Below are positions 27,026 to 36,959 of a DNA stretch of 58,481 bases, one piece after another. A program made the translations under genes and the position numbers. Every line of letters begins with the position of its first letter. The first letter of the stretch is position 1. Origin of the DNA: an uncultured Clostridia bacterium (GTDB taxonomy: Bacteria; Bacillota; Clostridia; Oscillospirales; SIG627); the NCBI GenBank assembly GCA_946645685.1, contig CAMPCJ010000003.1, positions 1 to 58,481 on the forward strand, given 5' to 3'. The notes under the pieces are model-generated. The model did not search any database and was not told where the DNA came from. It saw nothing but the letters and a program-made list of their open reading frames with translations.

Positions 27026-27895
27026 ATGCTCGGCTACGTCAAATGTGACCCCGGCACGCTTTTGGTGCGCCAGCACAATCTGTACCGGGCGCTTTACTGC
27101 GGGCTCTGCCGCAGCGCGCGAAAGCATTTCGGGCTGGCTTCTTCTCCTTTCCACAGCTACGATTTTGTGTTTTTGGCGGCAGCGCGTCTCCTTGTTTTCG
27201 GGGACGCGTACACCGTGGAGAAGCATATCTGCCCCACCCATCCTTTTCACAAGCGCGCCATGGTGGCGGACAACGATGTATTGAAGGACACCGCCTTTTG
27301 CCAGCTTCTGTTGGTAAGGGAAAAGATGAAGGACGATCTGGCGGATCGCGACTCCTCTCTGTTTCGCCATATTGCCTGCCGTCTTTGGCTTCCGCTTTTG
27401 AACGGTGAGATACGCCGGGCGGGAAAGAAGGATCCGGCGTACCGGGAGTTGACGGAGGAGCTTTCCGCCGCCTTTGCCGCCGGCAGAGAGAAGGAAAAGC
27501 AGGGGCAGGGGCTGGACGATATGTGTTCCGATTTTGCCTTGACCCTCTCCCGGCTGTCTTCCTTTCGTGCGGAAGGGAAGCAAAATCGGATCCTGTCCGG
27601 TTTGGGGGACAAGCTGGGGCGCTTCCTCTATACGCTGGACGCCCTGGACGATCTGGAGAAGGATCGAAAGAAGGGCGCGTTCAACCCCATTTTGAACTGT
27701 TTTTCTCCCCTGGATGACCAAAAAATAAGTCAGATCGATGACGTACAGCACTTTTATCTGCGTGAAATGGAATTGGCTCTTGCCCTGGCGGATGGCGATG
27801 GCGATCTGTCCGCGATCTGCATGAACGTGGTGACCAGGGGGCTGCCTCACGAGGAAAAGCGTGTATTGAAAGAGAGAAAGGAAAAAACGGCATGA
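27026..27895 (+). CDS. DUF5685-family protein
   Basis: MLGYV, YRALYCGLC, YDFVFL, CPTHP, KMKDDLAD, LDALDDLEKD..KGAFNP. Confidence 0.85.
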   Translation: MLGYVKCDPGTLLVRQHNLYRALYCGLCRSARKHFGLASSPFHSYDFVFLAAARLLVFGDAYTVEKHICPTHPFHKRAMVADNDVLKDTAFCQLLLVREKMKDDLADRDSSLFRHIACRLWLPLLNGEIRRAGKKDPAYRELTEELSAAFAAGREKEKQGQGLDDMCSDFALTLSRLSSFRAEGKQNRILSGLGDKLGRFLYTLDALDDLEKDRKKGAFNPILNCFSPLDDQKISQIDDVQHFYLREMELALALADGDGDLSAICMNVVTRGLPHEEKRVLKERKEKTA

Positions 27896-28485
27896 AAGAT
27901 CCCTATCAGGTATTGGGCATTTCTCCGGATGCGACGGATGAAGAGGTGAAGGCGGCGTATCGGGAAATGGCAAAGAAATATCACCCGGACAATTACGCCA
28001 ATACGGAGTTTTCCGATATTGCCAATGAAAAGATGCAGTCCATCAACGAGGCGTATGATTCCATCCTCAAGGAAAGAGCTGCCGCCAAGTCCGGCGCAAG
28101 CTACGACGGTACCTCCTCCTCCGGGCAGGATCCGCGTTTCGCCCGCATTCGCTCCCTCATTCAGTCCGGGCGCTATACCGAAGCGGAAGTGCTTTTGGAT
28201 CAGGATCGGGTGGAAAATGCGGAGTGGTTTTATCTCAAGGGACTTTGCGCGGTAAACGCCCGGCGGTATAACGACGCTTCCACCTATTTTTCCCGGGCGA
28301 CCTCCATGGATCCCGGCAACCCCGAATACGCATCCATGTATCAGCGTTTTCACCGCACGGGCGGCGTGTTCGGCAACGGGCAGGGCGCGTCGGGGGGATG
28401 CGACTGCTGTGATACGTGTTCCGCTCTTCTGTGCGCGGATTGTATGTGCGAGATGTGCGGCGGCGACCTCATCCGGTGCTGCTGA
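27892..28485 (+). CDS. J-domain protein with TPR-like middle and Cys-rich C-terminal tail
   Basis: DPYQVLG…KYHPD…INEAYD; tail CDCCDTCSALLCADCMCEMCGGDLIRCC. Confidence 0.92.
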   Translation: MKDPYQVLGISPDATDEEVKAAYREMAKKYHPDNYANTEFSDIANEKMQSINEAYDSILKERAAAKSGASYDGTSSSGQDPRFARIRSLIQSGRYTEAEVLLDQDRVENAEWFYLKGLCAVNARRYNDASTYFSRATSMDPGNPEYASMYQRFHRTGGVFGNGQGASGGCDCCDTCSALLCADCMCEMCGGDLIRCC

Positions 28486-29000
28486 TGAGGAGAAACGGGA
28501 ACGCCCGGAAAGTTGCCTTCTGCGCGATGCTCAGCGCCCTTGTTGTGGCGATCCTGGCAGTGGGCAGTGTGATCGGCGTTTTGGATCTGTCGCTGTCTCT
28601 CATCGCCGGTGCCGTCGTCCTTCTTGCGGATCTGGAGTTTTCCGCCGGCTACGGCTGGAGTGTTTTTGCCGTCTCCGGCGTTCTGTCCTTCCTGCTTCCG
28701 GTGAAAACGCCCGCCTTTCTCTTTGTTTTGTTCTTCGGATGGTATCCGCTGTTCAGAAAGGCGATCTTTCGGGTGAAAAAGCCCGTGCGTATTCTGATCA
28801 AGGTGACTTTGTTTGAGGTTTTGACAGCGATCTATCTTTTCGTTTCCATGCATTTTCTTGGCGCTGGGGAACAGCCCTTTTGGATGACCCTTTTGATCGC
28901 CCTTTCGGCAAATCTGATGTTCGGTCTGTACGAGCCTGCGCTGGATCGGGTGATTCGCTTCTATGAGGACAGACTGCGAGGCAAACTATTCTTTCGCTGA
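28485..29000 (+). CDS. Hypothetical integral membrane protein
   Basis: ATG overlaps the upstream TGA; about five hydrophobic segments; FFGWYP. Confidence 0.75.
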   Translation: MRRNGNARKVAFCAMLSALVVAILAVGSVIGVLDLSLSLIAGAVVLLADLEFSAGYGWSVFAVSGVLSFLLPVKTPAFLFVLFFGWYPLFRKAIFRVKKPVRILIKVTLFEVLTAIYLFVSMHFLGAGEQPFWMTLLIALSANLMFGLYEPALDRVIRFYEDRLRGKLFFR

Positions 29001-29021
29001 TTTTTCGCAGGGAGGAGATTT

Positions 29022-30224
29022 ATGACAAAGATTTTGGAACGTTACGCCATGACGGAAGACAATCCCAAGTGGGAGAGCGCCGTAGAGCGCGTTCGTCCTC
29101 TTTACGTCCGGCAGAATGAGACCCGTACGCCCTTTTTCCGGGATTATACCCGTATCATTCATTCTTCTGCTTTCCGGCGCCTGAAACATAAGACCCAGGT
29201 GTTTTTCTCTCCCCAAAGCGATCACATCTGTACCCGCATCGAACACGTTCTGCACGTGGAATCCATTTCCACCGCCATTGCCGATTCCCTGGGGCTCAAC
29301 GGCGAGCTGGTGCGTTCCATCGCCGTGGGACACGATTTGGGTCATTCTCCCTTCGGTCATAAGGGAGAAAAGGTCATCGACGCGATCTCCCGCCGGGAAA
29401 CGGGAGTCGGATTCTGGCACGAGAGGAATTCTCTGTTCTGCGTGGATTCCATCGAGCTTTTGGAAGACGCCGACCGGAACAGACAGACCTTAAATCTGAC
29501 CTACGCCGTCCGGGACGGCTTGATCTGCCATTGCGGTGAATCCATGCGCAACCGCCTCTTTCCTCGGGAGGAAGTGATCGACCTTACGACCATCACCATC
29601 CCCGGTAAGGTGGATCCTTTTTCCTATGAGGGCTGCGTGGTGCGGATGGCGGATCGGATTTCCTACGTGGGTCGGGACATTGAAGACGCCGTCGCCCTTG
29701 GCATTCTGGACAAGGAAAAAATGCAGGAACTGACGGATCTGGTGGGGCGTTTTACCGGCAACAAGATCAATAATACCATCATCATCAATTATCTCATTCA
29801 GGATCTTTGCGGGGCGTCCTCTCCCGAAACGGGCATCTGCTTTTCCGAGCCCACCAATGAATTCTTTACGCTCTTGCAGAAATTCAACTATGAAAATATC
29901 TATCGCGTCCCTCGCGTGACCCGCGCCGACGCCTATTTTGAGTTGGTCATTACCGGCATTTTCGATCTCCTTTACAGTGTCTATGACGGGGAGCGCACCC
30001 TGGAGCGCTTACGGGAGTTTGCGGTCAGCTATCCTTTGGTGGGGCACGCGTTCCTCAACTGGCTGGACTGTTATCGTACCGGAAAGCGAGCCCCCAATCT
30101 GTTGAATCCGCCGGTGTTTGATCCCGCTGATCGGGCATCTTTTGCCCGGGCGATCTTAAGTTACATTGCCGGTATGTCCGACAAATACGCCATTGATTCG
30201 TACAACGAGATCATCAGTTTTTAA
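29022..30224 (+). CDS. dgt: HD-domain dGTP triphosphohydrolase-like protein
   Basis: RDYTRIIHSSAFRRLKHKTQVF, TRIEH, GHDLGHSPFGH, ADRISY..RDIED. Confidence 0.9.
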   Translation: MTKILERYAMTEDNPKWESAVERVRPLYVRQNETRTPFFRDYTRIIHSSAFRRLKHKTQVFFSPQSDHICTRIEHVLHVESISTAIADSLGLNGELVRSIAVGHDLGHSPFGHKGEKVIDAISRRETGVGFWHERNSLFCVDSIELLEDADRNRQTLNLTYAVRDGLICHCGESMRNRLFPREEVIDLTTITIPGKVDPFSYEGCVVRMADRISYVGRDIEDAVALGILDKEKMQELTDLVGRFTGNKINNTIIINYLIQDLCGASSPETGICFSEPTNEFFTLLQKFNYENIYRVPRVTRADAYFELVITGIFDLLYSVYDGERTLERLREFAVSYPLVGHAFLNWLDCYRTGKRAPNLLNPPVFDPADRASFARAILSYIAGMSDKYAIDSYNEIISF

Positions 30225-30233
30225 GGAAGATTT

Positions 30234-30881
30234 ATGCGGGTTTTAGTTTTTTGTTTCGGCGAATATCAGACCAATACGTATTTCTGCTTTGATGAAAACG
30301 GAAACTGCGTTGTGATCGATCCCGGCATGGACGGGGCGTCCGTGACGGAAAAACTGCGTGAAAAGGGGCTGACCCCTTCTTACATCCTTTTGACTCACGG
30401 TCACTTCGATCACATTTTGGGTGTCAAAGCGCTGCACGAAGCCACCGGCGCCAAGATCTGCATCCACGCCGACGACGCGCCTCTTTTATCCGATCCCGGT
30501 CAAAATGCCGCCGTCTATTTTTACCGGGGACAAACGGGATCTTTTCCGTCCACCCGGGCGGACGTGCTGCTCCATGACGGGGATGAGATCGTTTGCGGAT
30601 CCTTTTCCTTCCGTGTGATGCATACCCCGGGGCACACCCCCGGTTCCGTTTGTTTTCGCAGCGGAGAGACTCTGTTTTGCGGGGATACCGTTTTTGCTTA
30701 CGGGTACGGCCGCACCGACCTGGCGGGAGGAGATCCGGAAGCCATGTCCCGCTCCCTGGAACGCCTCGCCGCCATTCCCGAGAATTTGAAGCTGTGTCCC
30801 GGTCACGGCAACTCCGCACACCTGGATCGATGCCGGGAAAGTTTGAAAGTTTACGCCCGTATCCTTCAAATGGAGAAGTAA
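30234..30881 (+). CDS. MBL-fold metallo-hydrolase (glyoxalase II-like)
   Basis: THGHFDH, HTPGHTPG, GDT, PGHG. Confidence 0.92.
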   Translation: MRVLVFCFGEYQTNTYFCFDENGNCVVIDPGMDGASVTEKLREKGLTPSYILLTHGHFDHILGVKALHEATGAKICIHADDAPLLSDPGQNAAVYFYRGQTGSFPSTRADVLLHDGDEIVCGSFSFRVMHTPGHTPGSVCFRSGETLFCGDTVFAYGYGRTDLAGGDPEAMSRSLERLAAIPENLKLCPGHGNSAHLDRCRESLKVYARILQMEK

Positions 30882-30882
30882 T

Positions 30883-32133
30883 ATGAAACAGCACGGTACA
30901 AACAAGATCGCCGCCCTCGGCTGCGTTCTTTTCGCCGTGCTGTTTCTTTCCTCCTGCGCCAAAGAAGCTCCATCCGCTCCGCAATTTGTTCCGCTTGCCG
31001 CTCTTGTACCGTTGGAAGCGAGCGTCCCGCTTTTGCCGCCGGAGATCATAGTGCCGGAAGAGGAGCTGCCGGAGGATCTGACCGTTCTTTCTCAAGGGAT
31101 TTGGGAGGAAGATCACGTTCACGCCTTTCACCTCGTCTCGTCCCGGATGGCCACCTGCTCTCAAGAAGGGGCTTGCTTGTATACCTGCGAATGCGGCAGG
31201 GAGGTGGGCGGCGCTCTGAAAAAGACAGCGCACGATCCCGGGGAAGCTTCCTGCACCGAAAACGCGGTGTGCCGGGCTTGCGGCGCGGTCATAAAAGAGG
31301 CTCTGGGGCATACGTTCCCCCGGTGCTCCGACCGCTGTTCCCGGTGCGGTTATACGCTCACCCGGTCTTTTTATGTGCTGGGTAAGGAATTGGAATTTGA
31401 CGAATCGGCTTCATCCGTCCGGGAAAAGCTGGGCGCACCCACGGCGGTGGTAAACGAGGGCAGCCTGTTTACTTATGTTTACGCCCGTGACTTGAAGCGA
31501 TTGACCTTTATTCAGATGGATGAAGGGGGCGTCTGGGGCGTTTTCAGCTTTGATCCCGCTCTTCGGATGCGCCGGGAGAACAGCGCTTTCGGGTTATCCG
31601 ATTTTGCCGGCGTAAGTTTACCCGGTATTTCGGACGCTTGTCTGGTTTTCGGGGATGCCGCCGCATACGCTTTCCTGGACGGAAATACCCCTTACGCATT
31701 GTGGATGCGGCTGGATGAATATGAGTATAACTTTGCCTCCGACCCTTCCGTATTCCGGGATTTTGCCGGGCAGGAAACCCTTTCCCTGTATTTTACCAAC
31801 GCCCAGCGCGCCCGGGCCGGGCGCCGTTCCCTGATCCGCTCTTCCGAAGCGGACGCAGTTGCGCGGGAGTATTGCGATGAACTGATCCGGACGGATCGCT
31901 TTGAACATGATTACAGCTTTGAATGGCGTTTGCGGGAGAAGGGCGTTCCGTGGAAATTTGCCGGAGAAAACCTATCTTTGGGCTATGTCAACTGTTTCTT
32001 TGTGTGCGACGCTTATCTCAATTCACCGGAGCATCGGGAGAACCTGCTCAGCGCCGATTACACCCATCTCGGCTTGAGTTACCGGAAAGCGGGTGGAACG
32101 GTTTACGGCGCGCAGGAGTTTTTCAGTACGTAA
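30883..32133 (+). CDS. Lipoprotein with His/Cys repeats and a C-terminal CAP (SCP) domain
   Basis: Lipobox LSSC; ATC..EG...YTCECG…ALGH repeats; AGENL, NSPEHRENLL..YTHLG. Confidence 0.8.
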   Translation: MKQHGTNKIAALGCVLFAVLFLSSCAKEAPSAPQFVPLAALVPLEASVPLLPPEIIVPEEELPEDLTVLSQGIWEEDHVHAFHLVSSRMATCSQEGACLYTCECGREVGGALKKTAHDPGEASCTENAVCRACGAVIKEALGHTFPRCSDRCSRCGYTLTRSFYVLGKELEFDESASSVREKLGAPTAVVNEGSLFTYVYARDLKRLTFIQMDEGGVWGVFSFDPALRMRRENSAFGLSDFAGVSLPGISDACLVFGDAAAYAFLDGNTPYALWMRLDEYEYNFASDPSVFRDFAGQETLSLYFTNAQRARAGRRSLIRSSEADAVAREYCDELIRTDRFEHDYSFEWRLREKGVPWKFAGENLSLGYVNCFFVCDAYLNSPEHRENLLSADYTHLGLSYRKAGGTVYGAQEFFST

Positions 32134-32162
32134 AAAAAGATCGACCACGTCGATCTTTTTTT
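32132..32162. terminator. Bidirectional terminator
   Basis: AAAAAAAGATCGAC-cac-GTCGATCTTTTTTT. Confidence 0.88.
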
Positions 32163-32169
32163 ACGCGCG

Positions 32170-32838
32170 TTAGCCTGCGTTTTTCTCAATGATTTTCACG
32201 TCCTTGGGCGTGATCTGCGCTTCCAGATAAACGATCTCCTTGATCTGGGCGATCTCCGCCGGGGTCAGCCCCTCGGAAGATACCACGATATTGGCGCTGT
32301 CCTCCGTGATCACCGCGACGCATTCCCGGAAGCCCTTGGCTTTTACCAGATTCTCAATGTCGATCTCCCAGTCGGTCTCGTTTGCGATCCGTTCCATCTG
32401 GGTGTAAGCGCTTGTTTTCGCGGCGTCGTCGGCGGTGACGTCCTCGGTGATGTTCATCAAAACCTCCAACGCCTCACCCCGCGCTCTTTCCCGATCCAGC
32501 ACGGCGGCGGCAAAGAAATCCGCTCCCTGGGCTTCGATCTCCGTTTGATCCGCCGGAAGATCCGTCTTCACCTTGCTTGCTCCAATGCCGTATCGCACGT
32601 TGATATACCCCGCCACTGCGATCAACACCAGGCACAGAGCGGCTACGGCTCCCCGGACGTTGATGCTCTTCCATGGGAAGGGCTTGATGTGGATCTTTTC
32701 CGCCCATGCACGAATTTTGGCAAAGCGCACGGGCTTCTTTTCTTCTTCCGGAACGATCAAAGCCGTATCTTCCTTGTCCTTCCCTCGAATGATCTCTTTT
32801 GGCAGTTTGATTTTTTTCAGTCTCTCCATCTCGGTCAC
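32170..32838 (-). CDS. spoIIIAH: Stage III sporulation protein AH
   Basis: TM-VAGYIN, DFFAAAVLDRE, IENLVKAKGF, IAQIKEIV; last gene of the operon. Confidence 0.92.
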   Translation of the reverse strand: MTEMERLKKIKLPKEIIRGKDKEDTALIVPEEEKKPVRFAKIRAWAEKIHIKPFPWKSINVRGAVAALCLVLIAVAGYINVRYGIGASKVKTDLPADQTEIEAQGADFFAAAVLDRERARGEALEVLMNITEDVTADDAAKTSAYTQMERIANETDWEIDIENLVKAKGFRECVAVITEDSANIVVSSEGLTPAEIAQIKEIVYLEAQITPKDVKIIEKNAG

Positions 32839-32841
32839 TCC

Positions 32842-33330
32842 TTACTCAGTTACGTAAATTCGATTGACGCTCAGATCTAAAGCGCCGGCGATCAACCCGA
32901 TCACTTTTTGTTTCAGCAAAACGTTTCCGGCACCCTTGCAGACAACACTCACCCCCTTGATCTCCGGCGCGGAAACAACGCGTAAGACCGGCTCGCTCTG
33001 GTCATTCGACGTTCGATAGAGCAGTGTTGGCTCTCCCGCCGCGCCGCCGGCCATGACGCTTTGGGAGGCGCCCGTTTCATACTGATAGCGGGCGGATCCG
33101 GCAAGGGTGACCATCACCTTCACGTCGCAAACGCCGTCCACGCTTTCGATCATCTCCGCCAGGCGCGTTTCCAGTTTGTTCGTGTAGTCCGCCTCGTCAA
33201 AACCGGTAGTCGCTTTTTTCTCTGCTTGAGTATATTCGCCTATCAGCATAAAAATGATGCCTAAGGCGAGGATTCCCGCAAAGAGAAGCGTCTTTTTTTT
33301 CGTCAGATTTTTTATGATGGATCGGATCAT
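32842..33330 (-). CDS. spoIIIAG: Stage III sporulation protein AG
   Basis: LETRLAEMI..VDGV..VKVMVTL, PEIKGVSVVCKGA. Confidence 0.9.
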   Translation of the reverse strand: MIRSIIKNLTKKKTLLFAGILALGIIFMLIGEYTQAEKKATTGFDEADYTNKLETRLAEMIESVDGVCDVKVMVTLAGSARYQYETGASQSVMAGGAAGEPTLLYRTSNDQSEPVLRVVSAPEIKGVSVVCKGAGNVLLKQKVIGLIAGALDLSVNRIYVTE

Positions 33331-33773
33331 TGCTTTGTCCTTTCATTCGGCGATGCCAGTTGATTGGCGATCAGGAAATCATGGATCCGTTTTCCCAGTT
33401 CCCGATCCGCCGTGATCACGCGGATGGACGTAATGGTACTTGTGCTTTCATCCGTATCGAAAAGGATCCGGTAGTCTCCGGTTGGGAAAGCAGACCGGAT
33501 CCTCTCTTCGATCCTCTCCCGGCTTCGCTCCAGCAAGAGGGACGCCGGATCATAGCGAAGTCCTTCATCCGCCTTGGCAAAGTCGCCGAACCGTATGGAG
33601 GCGGGCGCTTTCAGAAGAGAGAGAAAAGGGGAGATCAGAACGAGGAGCAGGATCAGCGCGGCAAGGAAGCGAAGGGGTTTATAAAACGGGGATTTTTCGC
33701 CCCGGGGCAATAAGAAGGAAAATATGCCCCTGATGCACAAGGCAAGAATGACGGTGATCGCCCACGCTTTCAT
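33327..33773 (-). CDS. spoIIIAF: Stage III sporulation protein AF
   Basis: MKAW…LLP….KPLRFLAALILLLVLISP; operon position. Confidence 0.75.
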   Translation of the reverse strand: MKAWAITVILALCIRGIFSFLLPRGEKSPFYKPLRFLAALILLLVLISPFLSLLKAPASIRFGDFAKADEGLRYDPASLLLERSRERIEERIRSAFPTGDYRILFDTDESTSTITSIRVITADRELGKRIHDFLIANQLASPNERTKQ

Positions 33774-34868
33774 GACGAGCCTCCTCCCAGAAATAAAAAG
33801 ACGCTGAAGAGAAAATAACAGCCTTGAAACGCCATGACCGCAAGCAGCAGATCCCACACCACGCACACGCCTTTTAAGAAGGCGGCGCATTCCTTATCCC
33901 CCAGCAGCTCGCTCGCGGCGCCCGCAAGGGAAAGAACGGCCTTTTGAACGGCGAGGAGCAGAAGAGGGCGCCCCAGCAAGTAAACCAGGATGACAACGCA
34001 GAAGACGCCGCATTCCTTGCTGACCAGATCCAGACCCGCGGCAAGGGTGCGGGCGCTCTCCCCCACCAGATTGCCTACCACCGGGATAAAGGATCCGGCT
34101 GCAAATCGCACCCCGCGCATGGCAACGGAGTCAGCGGCGCCGCAGAGGGCGTTTTGCAGGGTCAGAATTGCGCTCAGGATGGTAAAGAGGAAAACAAAGC
34201 TGCGTTTTAAAAACTTCGCCACATACCCGGTCAAGGATGAAGCGTCCCCTCCAAGGGATCCCGCAAGGGTCAGCGCCATCAGAAAACGAAGAGTCGGCGC
34301 AAGGATCTTGGAGGTGATCACGGAGAAAACGGCGATCACGTGCTGCAGGCTCACCCCCTGCAGTGTCGCCCTTTGCACCTGCCCTTTCATGACAAGAAGC
34401 ATCCCGGAAACGGGAAGGGAAGCAAGGAGAAAGGTGTTGGTGGCGTTCATGGTGTCAAAAGCGACCTTGAGCGTCGAAGAAAGGGCGTTTTGCAGGATCA
34501 GGGTCAAAGAGAGGATCGTCACGGCACGAAAGGCGAGGGAGAGCGGGGATGTACCGCTTTCCGCCGCTTTCCATACCGCTCCCAGCAATAAAACGGCGCA
34601 TATCTTTGCCAAAAGCTTTGCGCCGTCCGCGATCCCGAAAGACAACGCTTCCAGGAAAAAGGAACGCAGCTTGTTCCAAAAAGCGGCGTAGCTTTCTCCT
34701 TGGGAGAAGTTTCGGATCGATTCCGTATCGATCTCCTTCGGCGCCGATTCCCAAAGCTTCTCTTCCCGGATGAATTCTCTGGCGTCATCCGCCGCGTCCG
34801 CGCGGCAAACAGGCGCCCAATAGAGAAGCAGAGCCGGAAGGAACAGGAGGGGAACAAGTTTTAAGACA
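33770..34868 (-). CDS. spoIIIAE: Stage III sporulation protein AE (start codon unresolved)
   Basis: FIPVVGNLVGES motif, multiple TM segments, operon position; no canonical start codon at the apparent N-terminus. Confidence 0.8.
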
Positions 34869-35244
34869 AAAGGCCCGTAATGGCGGCGAGTGTGCTTTTT
34901 AAGAGGGGAAGAGCCAGGGACACCAGAGCGATCTTTCCGCAGAATTCCAGCTTTTCCGCCGTACCGGTCTCCCCGAGATCCCGGCAGACCCCGGCGGCAA
35001 AAGAAATGACCAGAGCCAGCCCCAAAGCGCGAAACAAGGCGGAAAAGGCGCTTTCCGCCATCGTTCCTTTGGTCATGCCCATCAGGGCGGCTGCCAGCGG
35101 CAACAGTTCCTTTACGGCGTAGATCCAGAATACGATTCCAGCCGCCGTCACGGTCAAAGCGCCCCATTTCGGCTCCATCTGCTTTACACAGGCCGCCAGG
35201 AATACGGCAAGAATGGCGAACGCGCATAATCCGACCACGCTCAT
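34861..35244 (-). CDS. spoIIIAD: Stage III sporulation protein AD
   Basis: CRDLGETGTAEKLEFCGK…LALP. Confidence 0.9.
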   Translation of the reverse strand: MSVVGLCAFAILAVFLAACVKQMEPKWGALTVTAAGIVFWIYAVKELLPLAAALMGMTKGTMAESAFSALFRALGLALVISFAAGVCRDLGETGTAEKLEFCGKIALVSLALPLLKSTLAAITGLLS

Positions 35245-35435
35245 ATTCCGAAGGTGTTTCGCACCGTATTGACCAGTTTGGCGATCTCACCCACCAACAG
35301 GATCAATGCCACAACGATGCCGCCCAGGGTCACGTATCCCGCCTGCTCGTCTTTCCCGCTTTTGGTCAGGATCTGGCACAGAGCGCTGACAAGCAAGCCG
35401 ATGCCGGCGATCTTCAGTAACAACGATACGTCCAT
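35241..35435 (-). CDS. spoIIIAC: Stage III sporulation protein AC
   Basis: MDVSLLLKIAGIGLLV…L.KSGKDEQA. Confidence 0.95.
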   Translation of the reverse strand: MDVSLLLKIAGIGLLVSALCQILTKSGKDEQAGYVTLGGIVVALILLVGEIAKLVNTVRNTFGI

Positions 35436-35450
35436 GTTTTTCTCCTTTTC

Positions 35451-35954
35451 CTACCAGAACAGGATCAGAACGGCAAGTCCCGCCGTACATCCCACGGTGA
35501 CAGTCAGCCGTATTCCCGACCACAGCCCTTGTTTCTCCTTGGCGGCAAGATCGTTCAGCGAGTGGGAAAGCACCTCGCAAGCCTTTGCTTGCTCCCCCAT
35601 GCCCATGGTGCCGAAGGTCTTGGCGAAGGAAAGAAACGTCTCTTTGACTTCATAGCCGACTTCTTGCCGGGCAAAGAAGGCATTCGCCGCCCGATACAGG
35701 GCTCCGCCGGGCTTTTTGACAGTCTCCTCCAGAAGAAGGGTCGTAAACCCCGCCTCATCCAGCGCCTTGTGGGAAAATCCTCGGAAGATCTGCTCCTGCG
35801 GAAGCGCCAGCCGCGTTACGCCGTCCCGCAAAACGTCCGCAAAGGCGGCAAGGCCGATCGTAAGGAGAGCGCGCCTATAACGTCGTACGGCTTGCCAAAC
35901 GCCGCTTCCGGCAGAGAAAAGCGCCAGAAGGACAAGTCCGATATGCCGGATCAT
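35451..35954 (-). CDS. spoIIIAB: Stage III sporulation protein AB
   Basis: N- and C-terminal TM segments, F.KTFG…EQ; operon position. Confidence 0.75.
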   Translation of the reverse strand: MIRHIGLVLLALFSAGSGVWQAVRRYRRALLTIGLAAFADVLRDGVTRLALPQEQIFRGFSHKALDEAGFTTLLLEETVKKPGGALYRAANAFFARQEVGYEVKETFLSFAKTFGTMGMGEQAKACEVLSHSLNDLAAKEKQGLWSGIRLTVTVGCTAGLAVLILFW

Positions 35955-36850
35955 AGGGCGATGTAGCGGGTCTCGATTTTTGTTTTTTTCCCGGGGAGCG
36001 CCCGCAGCGTCACGATTCCGTGAAAGATCCCACTGTGGAGCAATTCTCTGATACCCGGTTTCCGTTCCGCTTCTTCCGGGCTTTCCCCGTGACAGGAAGC
36101 AAAGAACACAACACCGCAGTTTCCCGCCGCTTCCATGGCGGCGCTTTCTCCCGCGCCGCCGATCTCATCGCAGATGAGAACCTGCGGCGAAAACAGGCGG
36201 ACGGCTCGCTCGATCCCAGCAGCCTTCGGCAGTCCGGATATAACGTCGCAGCCGCCTCTATCCGCCAGGGCGGGGAAGAGCTCTCTTCTCTCATCCACCA
36301 CGGCGACACGGTAGGGCGCTCTTTCTTTAAAGCCCTTTGCGAGGCGTTTGGACAGCGCCCGGAGAAAGGTGGTTTTCCCGCCGCCGGGGGGAGAAAGGAT
36401 CAACGCCGAAGAAAGCGGCTTTTCCGCGATGATCTCCAAAAAGCCGTCAGACGCCGTGTCGATAAAGCCGGGAAGGCGGATGTTCAAGCTGGTCACGGTC
36501 TCCGGCAGTCGTGCGCTCGATCCCGCTCGTTCTCCCGCCACCGCGATCCGGATGCCGCAGTCCAGGGTGACAAATCCGTCCGTCAGTGTGTCAAAATACC
36601 GGTATCCGCTGCCTTCGCAAAGATTGGCGATGGTCTCCGCCAGATCATTCGTCTCGCAAGGCTTTGGTGTCTCTCCCCGCCGAAGAGACCCTCTTTCGCC
36701 CAGCAGGACATTTCCATCCGGGCAAACCACGGCGGCAGGCGCGCCCAGCCGGATCCGGATCTCTGTCCATTCCCGAAAACGCGAAAAGATCCGGACGCTT
36801 TTTTGCAAGCGATCCGGAAGCCTTTCGATCAAATAGTTTCTTACGTCCAT
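35951..36850 (-). CDS. spoIIIAA: Stage III sporulation ATPase AA
   Basis: EIRIR, GFVTL..G.R, SLNIR, SPPGGGKTTFLR, VDERRE, PQVLICDEIG. Confidence 0.93.
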   Translation of the reverse strand: MDVRNYLIERLPDRLQKSVRIFSRFREWTEIRIRLGAPAAVVCPDGNVLLGERGSLRRGETPKPCETNDLAETIANLCEGSGYRYFDTLTDGFVTLDCGIRIAVAGERAGSSARLPETVTSLNIRLPGFIDTASDGFLEIIAEKPLSSALILSPPGGGKTTFLRALSKRLAKGFKERAPYRVAVVDERRELFPALADRGGCDVISGLPKAAGIERAVRLFSPQVLICDEIGGAGESAAMEAAGNCGVVFFASCHGESPEEAERKPGIRELLHSGIFHGIVTLRALPGKKTKIETRYIAL

Positions 36851-36883
36851 TTCGCCTTTTCCCGTCTTTGATGTTCTTGTTCA

Positions 36884-36912
36884 ACGGTATGCGCGCTCTT
36901 TTTGAAATATGC
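36884..36912 (-). promoter_or_regulatory. sigmaE-type promoter of spoIIIA
   Basis: GCATA-N16-CATACCGT on the - strand. Confidence 0.6.
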
Positions 36913-36959
36913 AAAAAAAGACCCGCGTTTTTTTACCGCAGGTCTGTTTTGTATCTTGT

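Noticed and set aside
29022-30881. dGTPase plus MBL hydrolase as an anti-phage defence system
   Set aside because: Both look like ordinary housekeeping members in a core operon, with no defence-island context.
33770-35290. 506-aa ORF as a single long protein
   Set aside because: Its N-terminal ~140 aa overlap spoIIIAD and spoIIIAC out of frame and look non-coding; only the distal part is SpoIIIAE.
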